DNA from: an uncultured Candidatus Saccharibacteria bacterium
GTDB lineage: Bacteria > Patescibacteriota > Andersenbacteria > UBA10190
Assembly: GCA_964372635.1 (NCBI GenBank)
Contig: CAYJQW010000001.1
Coordinates: 4,083-68,082, forward strand
Reading direction: 5' to 3'
Length of the DNA: 64,000 bases
The position numbers and the translations under genes were made by a program. Positions 1 through 8,015 of this stretch are shown here, piece by piece; within the stretch, counting starts at the first letter, position 1; every line of letters begins with the position of its first letter. The notes under the pieces are model-generated. The model saw nothing but the letters and a program-made list of their open reading frames with translations. It ran no database searches and was not told the DNA's origin.

Positions 1-262
1 CCAGGACCTAACGAGGCTTTGAATCCGTAAGGAGTGTAGCCGCCAACCTCGTTCGCAGGCGTTCATACTCGTCACCTGGCGTGACCTTCTGGGCAACTTA
101 TGGGTAAGGTGGGCTGTTGAGTGGCTACGGTCATATTTTCATGATACGGGATTTGCTCCGAATTGTCCCTAAAAGTAGTCTATTATTGGCTTATCTTAGC
201 TTTTGTATTGTATCTACTTTGCTCTAATAAGCCATATTTTAGCGTTTTGTGCCATCTGGCTA

Positions 263-291
263 TTGACATTTACATACAATAGGAGTATACT
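263..291 (+). promoter_or_regulatory. sigma70-like promoter: TTGACA, 17-nt spacer, TATACT
   Basis: TTGACA at 263-268, a 17-nt spacer, then TATACT at 286-291. No convincing ORF follows for about 1.2 kb. Confidence 0.5.
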
Positions 292-456
292 GCACCGTTA
301 CGCTAGAGATGGAGGTAACGGACGAAGCGAAGCACCTTTAAACGAGTCGCCCAAGGGCGAACCTCGCCAAAGGCGGGCCACCTTAGCAAGCCCCAAACCT
401 ACGCAAGGAAAACAGCCAAAGCTAGGCAAGGGTAAAAGAAGCCCAGATATAGTCTA

Positions 457-483
457 GCCTTCGCCAAGGCTACGGCGGGCAAG
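457..483 (+). repeat. Island motif A copy 1 (gccttcgccaaggctacggcgggcaag)
   Basis: Direct repeat of the 579-606 copy. It shares the core GCTACGGCGG with copies at 2136, 7981 and 11579. Confidence 0.6.
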
Positions 484-578
484 ACCAAGGGACACCCTCA
501 GAAATGCTCCAAAATGACCCTTGACAAGATTGACTAAGTATGCTAGGATGGCCGCAACATTAAAACACCAACAGCCCA

Positions 579-606
579 GCCTTCGCATAAAGCTACGGCG
601 GGCAAG
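579..606 (+). repeat. Island motif A copy 2 (gccttcgcataaagctacggcgggcaag)
   Basis: Identical to copy 1 at 26 of 28 aligned positions, 122 bp downstream in the same orientation. Confidence 0.6.
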
Positions 607-647
607 CCGAAAGGCACCTGAACTTTTCAATCCAAAGACGGATCATA

Positions 648-666
648 AATCAAGAGAGAGACCGGC
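648..666 (+). repeat. Motif B copy 1 (aatcaagagagagaccggc)
   Basis: Matches 1104-1124 (aatcaagagagagatcctggc). The similarity extends upstream as ggatc..taatcaag. Confidence 0.45.
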
Positions 667-781
667 AACTGCAACCAGCGCCGGGGTAGAAATACCGAAG
701 ACTGGCAAGAAGCGGTTAGGTGAAGTGTCTTCTCTCTTAAAGATTAATGACACGTCAACTAGCCGCTTCTTCTATATATGA

Positions 782-822
782 GCCAGAGATTGGGTGAGAT
801 AAAATCGCACCCAGCCTCTGGC
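782..822 (+). other. Long imperfect hairpin (GCCAGAG.TTGGGTG / CACCCAG.CTCTGGC)
   Basis: A 7+6 bp stem with an 11-nt loop, read directly from the sequence. It lies in the non-coding leader. Confidence 0.4.
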
Positions 823-1103
823 CCAAGAGAGATTGATAGTAGTTTAACAATAATAAATAGTACAGCGCTGACCAGACGGTGACCTGGGATTAGAAACCAG
901 TAGCCTGGCTATGCGGGATCGTACCAAAAGCGGCAATGTGAACAGTAGGTTCACCTTCCGCCCATGTGTCCTAACAGACCAAACACTATTTAAGCATTGG
1001 GTTGCTAGCTAGGATGCAGTGGCGGAAGAATAGTTCTTTATTGAAGCGTGTTACGGTTTTAGGCAATGAAGGGATTCGATAAACTCACCCTAAAGGGATC
1101 GCT

Positions 1104-1124
1104 AATCAAGAGAGAGATCCTGGC
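1104..1124 (+). repeat. Motif B copy 2
   Basis: See 648-666. Confidence 0.45.
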
Positions 1125-1228
1125 CTAAGATAACGTAACCCACATCAAGGTTCCCCACCTATAAACGTATAGCTGGGTCTTTCCAAGCGACTGGCATGAA
1201 CCAACGTCCTGTTGAACGATGGGCACGT

Positions 1229-1250
1229 CCTGTCGTTCACGAACGACAGG
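1229..1250 (+). other. Perfect 10-bp hairpin CCTGTCGTTC-ac-GAACGACAGG
   Basis: Inverted repeat read directly from the sequence, flanked by direct gcacg. The upstream acgtcctgt is also duplicated. Confidence 0.45.
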
Positions 1251-1503
1251 GCACGGATAACAATGTCGCTCGGCTCATCGGCATCTACCTTGAAGCTGAT
1301 GCAGTATTCAGAAACCAAGGCCTGCGTAAGCGGGCCGCAGTCCAGCACTGAGCTTTGCTCTAGTGCTGTGGCATTCCCGTAAGGGACGTGGTGCGGATGA
1401 GCGGGCTTAACCACCCGATCAAACTCAGCCGCACTCGCCCCGGCTCGTTATCTGAAGTTAACGAGCTCGTAGGGATTAACCATCCGCCTAAAAAGGAGGT
1501 GTT

Positions 1504-1971
1504 ATGGTTACTTTTACACCCCGCCTCCTTGAGGCGGATGTGTTCCCGAGCGTGCTGTTCCCGGCGCGCTCCGTGTACGTCTCGTACACGCAAGCTCAAA
1601 AGGCTTGGGGACTGGTTCGGCGAAACCAGCCGTGGGATCCGAAAAATCCCTCGGAAGGAATCGCCAGGCTGCTCCGCGCCGACGTGGCGTGGGAGCTCCT
1701 GGGTCCAGACCAGAGCTGGGATGACGTGCGGTTGTATACCGCCGTCGGATCCGCCCTGGACTGGCACCGGATCGACGGCTGGATCGAATACCGTGGAAGT
1801 CAAGTCCAGCTTGACTACACGGCCAATCCGGCCAAGCTCCTCGAGGAGTGGTATGGAGATTCACTTCTCCTACCGCCGACTCTCGAGGAGCCGTTGGTTC
1901 GGGCGAAGTTGGCCGCAGTCATTGCGGACGAACTTCGCCAGGGCATGGCAGCCCGCGCTCGACCACGCTAG
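1504..1971 (+). CDS. Hypothetical protein (155 aa)
   Basis: A strong RBS (AAGGAGGT) sits 6 nt before the ATG. The amino-acid composition is protein-like, chosen over overlapping alternative-frame ORFs that are typical of GC-rich DNA. Confidence 0.5.
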   Translation: MVTFTPRLLEADVFPSVLFPARSVYVSYTQAQKAWGLVRRNQPWDPKNPSEGIARLLRADVAWELLGPDQSWDDVRLYTAVGSALDWHRIDGWIEYRGSQVQLDYTANPAKLLEEWYGDSLLLPPTLEEPLVRAKLAAVIADELRQGMAARARPR

Positions 1972-2135
1972 CGTAGTCGAGCATCGTCCCCTCTGCATAG
2001 GCACTGCCACATTACGTGGAAATGTAGAGGTAAAAAAGTGCCATCGAGCTAACTCACAGCCGTTTCTGACTGTGCCTTAGCTCTTTCCCTAGCTTCTACT
2101 TTTTAGTGAAAGTAGGCGCTTGGCGAAGGACTCTT

Positions 2136-2157
2136 CTTCGCGTAAAGCTACGAAGGG
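2136..2157 (+). repeat. Island motif A copy 3 (cttcgcgtaaagctacgaaggg)
   Basis: Matches copy 2 at 19 of 22 positions. It lies between the 1504 gene and the terminator of the 2263 gene. Confidence 0.5.
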
Positions 2158-2183
2158 TTGTATCTTTGTAGTCTTGAAGATGA

Positions 2184-2216
2184 AACAAAAAAAGCCCACT
2201 TCAAAAGAAATGGGCT
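2184..2216 (-). terminator. Rho-independent terminator for the minus-strand gene 2263..2886
   Basis: On the minus strand, an AGCCCA / TGGGCT stem with a 12-nt loop is followed by TTTTTTT. Confidence 0.5.
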
Positions 2217-2239
2217 TATATCAGTAGTTAAACCTTGGC

Positions 2240-2265
2240 TTACCCTGAGCAACGTCAAAGGGTTA
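2240..2265 (+). repeat. Motif C copy 1 (ttaccctgagcaacgtcaaagggtta)
   Basis: Contains the ACCCT..AGGGT inverted repeat. Matches 4166-4189. Confidence 0.45.
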
Positions 2266-2886
2266 CCAGAGCTCATCATTCATGATTGAGCGGAAACGAT
2301 CTTCTTGCGAGGAAGGCTCTGCTGTACGTTGTGCTTCTCGCCAAATCTTCTTATCCAGCTCGGCGCCGGTTTCTATCGGCAGCCAGCTGATGGGCAGATC
2401 AGCCAGCGATGAAGCAAAGGTGCATAAATAGCGCCGCGTAGCTTCAGTAATTTCTACTTCATCGATTTTTTCTCCTTGCATGGGAATTTTACAGAAGTAA
2501 CGGTCGCGAATAATTGTTGTGTGATCACGCTGAATCAAGAGCTCGGCTTGATCTGGAGCAATTATATTGAGCCTATCAATTTCTGCCGCTCTATCGTCTG
2601 CTGCTGCCTGCTTGGTAAATAGCGTACCGAGCATAGCAATCTCTTTTTGGTCATTGACCAGATACAGGTTAAGACAGCGACCGGTTGAATTTTGTGGAAA
2701 CTGATATGGCTCACTAGCAAAGCAAGCGAGTTCATTTGGCGTGGTTATAGCTAACGTGTCCAGGAAATCCTGAGTGGGTTCCCAGACTAAGGCCGCACGC
2801 TCTTCATTAGTGTGAACCTCCAACAGCAAAGTGCGGCTGGCAATAACGGCCAAAGTGACATCGTAATCGTTGATAATAATGCTCAT
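2263..2886 (-). CDS. Hypothetical protein (207 aa)
   Basis: An AGGAG RBS precedes the ATG at 2886 and the terminator lies downstream. No motif was recognised. Confidence 0.5.
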   Translation of the reverse strand: MSIIINDYDVTLAVIASRTLLLEVHTNEERAALVWEPTQDFLDTLAITTPNELACFASEPYQFPQNSTGRCLNLYLVNDQKEIAMLGTLFTKQAAADDRAAEIDRLNIIAPDQAELLIQRDHTTIIRDRYFCKIPMQGEKIDEVEITEATRRYLCTFASSLADLPISWLPIETGAELDKKIWREAQRTAEPSSQEDRFRSIMNDELW

Positions 2887-3159
2887 CGCATCACGTTTCT
2901 CCTATAAAAGGGGTGAAAAGAGCAAAATGGAGTGCCCAGACTATGCCATATAAACATAAATAGCGCAAGTTCAGGTGAGACACGCCTGTGTGTAAGGCTC
3001 TTACACTCAACCGTGTCTCTCGTGTGTTTACGAGAGCGACGCGGGTTCTGCAAGCGCATCAGCATCTGCGTCGTCGTTAGTTTCTCTCCAATGAAACTGT
3101 TGTCCATAGGTAGCCATGCCTATGTGATGCGCACAACGGTTTCTCGAAAGGAGAATAAC

Positions 3160-4011
3160 ATGGCTTTTTTGACTTCGAACTTGGTTGCCCCGAAGTTGAT
3201 CTCCGAGGCCTCGGCTGAAGAGATTGAAAACGTCTCTGCCCGGCTGACGCCGGAGCAGATGGACGCTTTGAACCGCGCGGAGACGCGCCGGATCGAAGCT
3301 GCCAAGGCGCAGCCAAAAAAGGAAGAGCAGCCACGGAAGGCTGCACCCGCCAACCCGAAACCTGCTGCGTTAAACCAGCAGGCCAAGGCAGCCCGCATCC
3401 TGCGGGCCAAAGGTCACCGCGAGGCGGCTCAGGCGGTGGGGGGTCAGGTGTCCCCCCGAGAAGTTATCGTGGCCCTTGAGGCTGCGATGAGGGACAAGGA
3501 AGTCCCGGGTGGCATCCGCTTTGGGCGGATCAAGCCACTTCTCAACGAGTTCGACGACAATGAGGCGCGCGACTTGTTCACGCGATTCATGAAGGAGGTG
3601 GCGCAAGCTGCCTTCGTGTTGAACTCGGCACACCTAGCTGCCGGGCAGGCTTTCTCTGCCCAGGCAGCGCTACGCCGCGCCGCTGGCGTGCGCTTTGAGG
3701 GTCGCCACATGGCGTCCATCGAGCGCATGCTCGTAGGGAATTCACTTCCCGACGAGGCGACCCGGCCATTAGCGGATTATCCGCAACTGGCCGAGGCCGT
3801 GCCATCGGCGCTCGCGGCGGCGCCGCGACGGCAGGCTAGAACCCTGCTCACTGGCCTGACGAACCCCCTGTGGGCCATCGTCAAGCCGGCTATCGAGCAG
3901 GCTCGGCAGAGCCAGACTAGGGTTAATAACCCAAAATCTGGCTTTTCCGGTGCAAAAACCGGAAAAACCGCCCGCAAAAAGGCGGCTGCCGTGGCGCAAA
4001 AAAATTCCTAG
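3160..4011 (+). CDS. Hypothetical Ala/Lys/Arg-rich protein (283 aa)
   Basis: An internal ATG at 3160 follows a GAAAGGAG RBS. The ORF-track start at 2932 lacks an RBS. The C-terminus is basic. Confidence 0.5.
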   Translation: MAFLTSNLVAPKLISEASAEEIENVSARLTPEQMDALNRAETRRIEAAKAQPKKEEQPRKAAPANPKPAALNQQAKAARILRAKGHREAAQAVGGQVSPREVIVALEAAMRDKEVPGGIRFGRIKPLLNEFDDNEARDLFTRFMKEVAQAAFVLNSAHLAAGQAFSAQAALRRAAGVRFEGRHMASIERMLVGNSLPDEATRPLADYPQLAEAVPSALAAAPRRQARTLLTGLTNPLWAIVKPAIEQARQSQTRVNNPKSGFSGAKTGKTARKKAAAVAQKNS

Positions 4012-4079
4012 TGCAAGGACGCACTAGGTCAGGCTTTACATGTTGTGCCTGACAACAAACAATGTGGGTTTCTGAAGAT

Positions 4080-4108
4080 TGTGAAGAAAAATTGGTTTTT
4101 TTTCTTCA
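4080..4108 (+). terminator. A/T-rich hairpin terminator (GTGAAGAAAAA-ttgg-TTTTTTTCTTCAC)
   Basis: An 11-bp stem that includes a T-run, immediately after the stop at 4011. A second hairpin at 4027-4052 is GTCAGGC / GCCTGAC. Confidence 0.5.
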
Positions 4109-4165
4109 CAACTTCACGGAGATCGTCATTTGACAATCAGGTTTACTTTCAAACAAAGCCGAAGT

Positions 4166-4189
4166 TTACCCTGAGCGAAGTCGAAGGGT
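4166..4189 (+). repeat. Motif C copy 2 (ttaccctgagcgaagtcgaagggt)
   Basis: Matches 2240-2265 at 21 of 24 positions. Confidence 0.45.
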
Positions 4190-4383
4190 GGTTTGCGTGA
4201 AGGAGACGTAGTGCTCGTGAGTTTTTTTACTCATGTGCATCCGCCCCCTTCGTGGTTCGAAGGATAAGGCCAGCTATTGTCCGTACCTCAATTGCTGGAA
4301 GTGTTCATTTTTTCTCCTTGGGTTTGCCATTCCCAAGGCGGTACGAGATACGTTCACCTTGAAGAAAAAGAAAGGAGAACACT

Positions 4384-5202
4384 ATGGCAAAAAATCTGTG
4401 TTTACGTGTGTCTCGACACACAAACCAGGTCGAGCCGCGCCTAGCGGCGCTGCGTCCCGTCTTCGGATTGGACGTAGAAATACATCATGAGGATGTACAA
4501 TACCGCGGTAATCCGCGACAGGCCATACAGGCTGTCCTTGACCGACTGAAGAGTGAAGGCCACCAGGTCGTCGGGGTCGAGGTGGTCGGCGGCGCCGACA
4601 TCCTTGAACAGCTCGTCGGCCCAAACGGCTTAGAGCTCCCTGTATTGCAAGCGGAATTTGCCCGCGACGTCGAAGGACAAATCAAGACGGCGGGCAAAGA
4701 AGCTGGCAGTGGCCGAGACGTATTTGCCTTTGGGCGATATGTCCAGGTCAAACGAGCTGGTGTTAACAAGCGCCCGTTCGAGGCAGCTGATCTACCCGTC
4801 TCGGGGTCAATCCGCGTGGGTTGGATCAGTCGCGACACGGATGAGCAGCTCGTTGACATGCGCCGCCAGGCGCTCGAGCATCTTCTACCGGGTCGGTCGG
4901 TCGAGCTGGTCGTCTTCGACTGCAAATTCGGAGATGACCCATTAACGGCCATCAAGGCGGCGTTGCCTGATGGTCTACACGCCCTGGACCCCGGCGCTGG
5001 CTTCGTTTACACGAAGTTGGTCGGCGACCGCGGGTCAAGGTTGGGAGTACCGGTTTTGAACGCTCGCTTTGAGTGTGAGCCGGGAAGCCGCCGGGCCAAA
5101 GTTGTTGGCCAGGATTCTCGTGGACGTGATATCCTCGCGTTTACGGGATACGACTTGGTCGAGAGCCTCGTGCTCGAGACCGAGCCTCTTGTTGGGTCAT
5201 AG
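4384..5202 (+). CDS. Hypothetical protein (272 aa)
   Basis: An AAAGGAG RBS precedes the ATG. This is the first gene of the + strand run. No motif was recognised. Confidence 0.55.
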   Translation: MAKNLCLRVSRHTNQVEPRLAALRPVFGLDVEIHHEDVQYRGNPRQAIQAVLDRLKSEGHQVVGVEVVGGADILEQLVGPNGLELPVLQAEFARDVEGQIKTAGKEAGSGRDVFAFGRYVQVKRAGVNKRPFEAADLPVSGSIRVGWISRDTDEQLVDMRRQALEHLLPGRSVELVVFDCKFGDDPLTAIKAALPDGLHALDPGAGFVYTKLVGDRGSRLGVPVLNARFECEPGSRRAKVVGQDSRGRDILAFTGYDLVESLVLETEPLVGS

Positions 5203-5222
5203 GGCTCAGCAAGCTGTTAAAT

Positions 5223-5254
5223 TAGGGGAGTGTTGGTTTCTAACCTCCCCTCTA
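5223..5254 (+). terminator. Terminator-like hairpin (TAGGGGAG ... CTCCCCTCTA) followed by a T-rich tract
   Basis: A 7-8 bp GC stem, then ctttgttcctctc. It lies between the genes ending at 5202 and starting at 5325. Confidence 0.3.
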
Positions 5255-5324
5255 CTTTGTTCCTCTCAAATCATTTTGAGATGTGCAATGTTGATAAGTT
5301 TTCAAAATTCCAAAAAAGGAGGAA

Positions 5325-6269
5325 ATGATGAAAATTCAGATCCAAAAAAACGCCGAGTTTAAACTGCTTTATTTTGAACTCAGCGTCTGGGGAGTCAACC
5401 CCAGTGTGGTCGCCCATAAAATCAATGAGGTGGCCGAGCAGCTGGCTGGACCGGAAACGGTGCTGCTGCGCGGACAGGGTCCGGTGTGGGTGTACGCGAT
5501 GCTGACGCACGCGGCCCATGCTTGCCCCAATGTGGCCACCTTCGAGCCTCGCAAGGAAGGGTTCGTGGTGGCAACGTGTCACAACGGCCGTTGGCTGCCG
5601 GGCGAGGTCATTCCTGCTGCCACCATCGGTATGATGGTGGATGGCGGGAAAATCGTGGGTGGTGACGAGTTCATGGAGCGACCACGGTTGGTCATCTCCG
5701 TGGGCGGTCCTGCTCACTCCGGCAAGTCAATCTTTCTGGCCGAACTGTACCGACAGCTGCTGACCAGAATGCCCGGTGAGGTATTCCTCCAGCGGGCATG
5801 CCCAGATGGCGAGGGGATGTGGTCGGCGGAGTCTGACCCCACCTTGGCGCAAGCCATTCGCCAGAAGGGCAAGTTCACGGAGAATTTCTGCTCATGGTTG
5901 GCCGATGCCATCCAGGGACTCAAGCGGGGTTTCAAGATCACCCTGCTCGACTTGGGCGGCAAACGGTTGCCACCCAATGACGAAGTTCTTCAGCATTCCA
6001 CCCATCTTCTGGTTCTTTCCTCCAACGAGGATGAGACCAAAGCCTGGATGGAGTATGGGCGCGAGCACGGCTGCGAAATCATCGCTGCTTTTTCTTCTCG
6101 CCTCCTCAAGCTCGAGAGCGGTGAGCTTGATGCAACCGTCCGCTCCTCGGTGAGCCTGACTGCCGAGCCGGTACAAGGGGAAATGGTGAATCTGGACCGT
6201 GGTGGTCCGGTCACTCCCTATCAGGAAGCTATCAGCCAATTTGCCGACTGGTTGATCGCCAAGGTATAG
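5325..6269 (+). CDS. Two-domain P-loop NTPase: an unknown ~130-aa N-terminal domain plus a kinase-like P-loop domain
   Basis: AAAGGAGG RBS. A Walker A motif is present in VISVGGPAHSGKSIFLAELY, and a Walker B-like ITLLDLGG follows. The N-terminal domain (KLLYFELS...GQGPVWVYAMLTHAAH) was not recognised. Confidence 0.6.
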   Translation: MMKIQIQKNAEFKLLYFELSVWGVNPSVVAHKINEVAEQLAGPETVLLRGQGPVWVYAMLTHAAHACPNVATFEPRKEGFVVATCHNGRWLPGEVIPAATIGMMVDGGKIVGGDEFMERPRLVISVGGPAHSGKSIFLAELYRQLLTRMPGEVFLQRACPDGEGMWSAESDPTLAQAIRQKGKFTENFCSWLADAIQGLKRGFKITLLDLGGKRLPPNDEVLQHSTHLLVLSSNEDETKAWMEYGREHGCEIIAAFSSRLLKLESGELDATVRSSVSLTAEPVQGEMVNLDRGGPVTPYQEAISQFADWLIAKV

Positions 6270-6408
6270 TCGGTAGGTTTCTTTTCCGGTTTGCATGTTT
6301 CTCTAGCCTTAAAACATGCCTGATCCGAGAGTGCGTACTCTCGCTGACGAGTCTTAAAAAGACGAAATCAGAAACTAGCACGTTTCCAATTGAAACGGAG
6401 ATGCTGAG

Positions 6409-6753
6409 ATGAAAATACTGTGGATGTCGCGTCATACGCCAACTCCCCGGCAGCTTCAAGCGCTGCGGGAGAGACACGGCGAAGACACGGTTGTGGAGCA
6501 AGAATCCAAACCGTTCGATGACGCGCGGCAGATCGCCCGTCGGTACCGCAGCGGTAGCTATGACGATATTGTAGTCGTGGCACCACTTTCGGTAATTGAC
6601 GTTCTGTGCAAAGAAGGCATTCAGCCTCTTTGGTCAGAGGCAGCCGAGGAAAACGATCCGAAAAAGATTGAATTCCGCGGTGCCCGCGGACAGGGCTATC
6701 GTTTCGTTCGGTTCCGCCGCATCAAGTGCGTGCGGATTGAGTTCGAAGACTGA
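6409..6753 (+). CDS. Small hypothetical protein (114 aa)
   Basis: A GGAG RBS is present. The stop lies 22 nt upstream of the AAA+ gene start. The N-terminus, MKILWMSRHTPTPRQLQAL, looks alpha/beta-like. Confidence 0.5.
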   Translation: MKILWMSRHTPTPRQLQALRERHGEDTVVEQESKPFDDARQIARRYRSGSYDDIVVVAPLSVIDVLCKEGIQPLWSEAAEENDPKKIEFRGARGQGYRFVRFRRIKCVRIEFED

Positions 6754-6774
6754 TTCCAAACAAAGGAGAAAACC

Positions 6775-7989
6775 GTGAACGATTTGTTGCAGAAGGCGAT
6801 CGCTCTGGCGCCGAAAGTTCAGAGCACTGCACATGACGTGCAGACCCGGCACATTGGACGCAGCGACGTGGTGCAAGCCGCGTGGCTGTCACTCGTGTCG
6901 GGCCGTCCCGCGTTTTTCTTGGGGAGCCCCGGTATTGATAAAACCGGGACGATCCAGGACATGGCGCGGCGGATTGGCGGAGCTGTCTTCTATGACGTGC
7001 TCATGCCGACGATTGTTTCAGTGGAGCAGCTGCTCGTCGAGTCTACCTCGATCGAGGAGGTGCCCGCTGCCAACGGCGGCAAAGCCATCCGCACCCGTGA
7101 CACGCTCGGACGGGCAGCGCTGGCGCACCTGCTCTTCGCTGATGAGATCTGGAAAGCGGAACCTCGCGTTCTGCAGACCCTGATCGACTTGAGCAAGGGC
7201 GACGGTGTGCGACATGAAGGTCAGATGGTAAAAACACCACTCCTGGCTTTCCTCGCTGCCAGCAACGAACTGCCGGAACCCGAGGGCAACCTCGGTGCCG
7301 TGTGGTCCCGCATGACCATCCGTGTGGTGGTCAACCCGCTGGATCGCGCGGGCAAGCAGTCGTTGGTCAAAGCTCGTCTGAACCGGAGTGCCAACAGTGT
7401 TTCGTCTGCAGCTCAGCTCACGCTGGCTGACGTCGAAATGCTGCGGGCCGCCCGGCGTCACGTTGATGTTCCGCAAGGTGTCGTTGATACCGTGCTGGAC
7501 ATTTACCAGGAACTGCTCGACGACAAGTCGGCAGATTTTTCCTGGGCGTGGTCAGACGATCGCCGCTTCGGACGCGTGTTCGATGTACTGCAGGCCAAGG
7601 CACTGCTTGACGGCCGCACAACGGTCGGCAAGCACGATGTGGCGGTGCTGGAGTGGCTGCTCTGGGATATTCCCGAGCACATTCCGCTCGTCAAAGCCAA
7701 GCTCGCGCCGTACTGCCGGACGTCGCTGTCTGAGGCAGTTGAAGTGGTCGATGCTCTGCTGTCCCCCAGCGGAGTGGTCGAAACGGTTCGCAAGGGGGAT
7801 CGGCTGAAGGGTGTTCAGGCCATCACGCAGTGTGAGGCCGCCCTTTCCGAACTCAAGCGTCTCCAGAGCGAGGCGGACAGTGTGATGTCTTCCAAGATTG
7901 CTGACCTGGTTAGCCAGGTGGAAGCGGTCAAGCAGGACGTCTTCGCTGTTGTGACCGGGGCGCGAAAACCCCAGCCGGCCTCCGCGTAA
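6775..7989 (+). CDS. MoxR-like AAA+ ATPase (AAA_5 type)
   Basis: GTG start after an AAAGGAGA RBS. Walker A is GSPGIDKTG. Walker B is LLFADEIWKAEP, followed by the VLQTLIDL helix. Sensor-1 is LAASNELPE. The C-terminus has a coiled-coil extension. Confidence 0.7.
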   Translation: MNDLLQKAIALAPKVQSTAHDVQTRHIGRSDVVQAAWLSLVSGRPAFFLGSPGIDKTGTIQDMARRIGGAVFYDVLMPTIVSVEQLLVESTSIEEVPAANGGKAIRTRDTLGRAALAHLLFADEIWKAEPRVLQTLIDLSKGDGVRHEGQMVKTPLLAFLAASNELPEPEGNLGAVWSRMTIRVVVNPLDRAGKQSLVKARLNRSANSVSSAAQLTLADVEMLRAARRHVDVPQGVVDTVLDIYQELLDDKSADFSWAWSDDRRFGRVFDVLQAKALLDGRTTVGKHDVAVLEWLLWDIPEHIPLVKAKLAPYCRTSLSEAVEVVDALLSPSGVVETVRKGDRLKGVQAITQCEAALSELKRLQSEADSVMSSKIADLVSQVEAVKQDVFAVVTGARKPQPASA

Positions 7990-8007
7990 AGCTACGGCGG
8001 CCAAGGG
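7981..8007 (+). repeat. Island motif A copy 4 (tccgcgtaaagctacggcggccaaggg)
   Basis: The motif's TAA is the stop codon of the AAA+ gene. Its 3' end runs into the GGGAGG RBS of the VWA gene. Confidence 0.55.
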
Positions 8008-8015
8008 AGGTAACC

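Noticed and set aside
457-606. Possible CRISPR array from the repeated 27-nt motif
   Set aside because: Only two adjacent copies exist, 122 bp apart. The other copies are kilobases away at gene boundaries. There is no regular repeat-spacer periodicity and no cas genes.
203-781. ORF-track entries 203..457 and 521..781 on the + strand
   Set aside because: Their Arg/Lys/Pro-rich composition is implausible. They have no RBS. They overlap a consensus promoter and the direct repeats. The region is more likely non-coding.
1145-1414. Minus-strand 89-aa ORF
   Set aside because: No RBS. It overlaps the hairpin-rich leader and is of the length expected by chance in 60% GC DNA.
3077-8004. Many antisense or alternative-frame ORFs inside the island genes (for example 3120..3410-, 4485..4955-, 7018..7476-, 7552..8004-, 8287..8874+)
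   Set aside because: They are stop-codon-poor GC-rich artefacts. In each case the sense-strand ORF has an RBS and protein-like composition.
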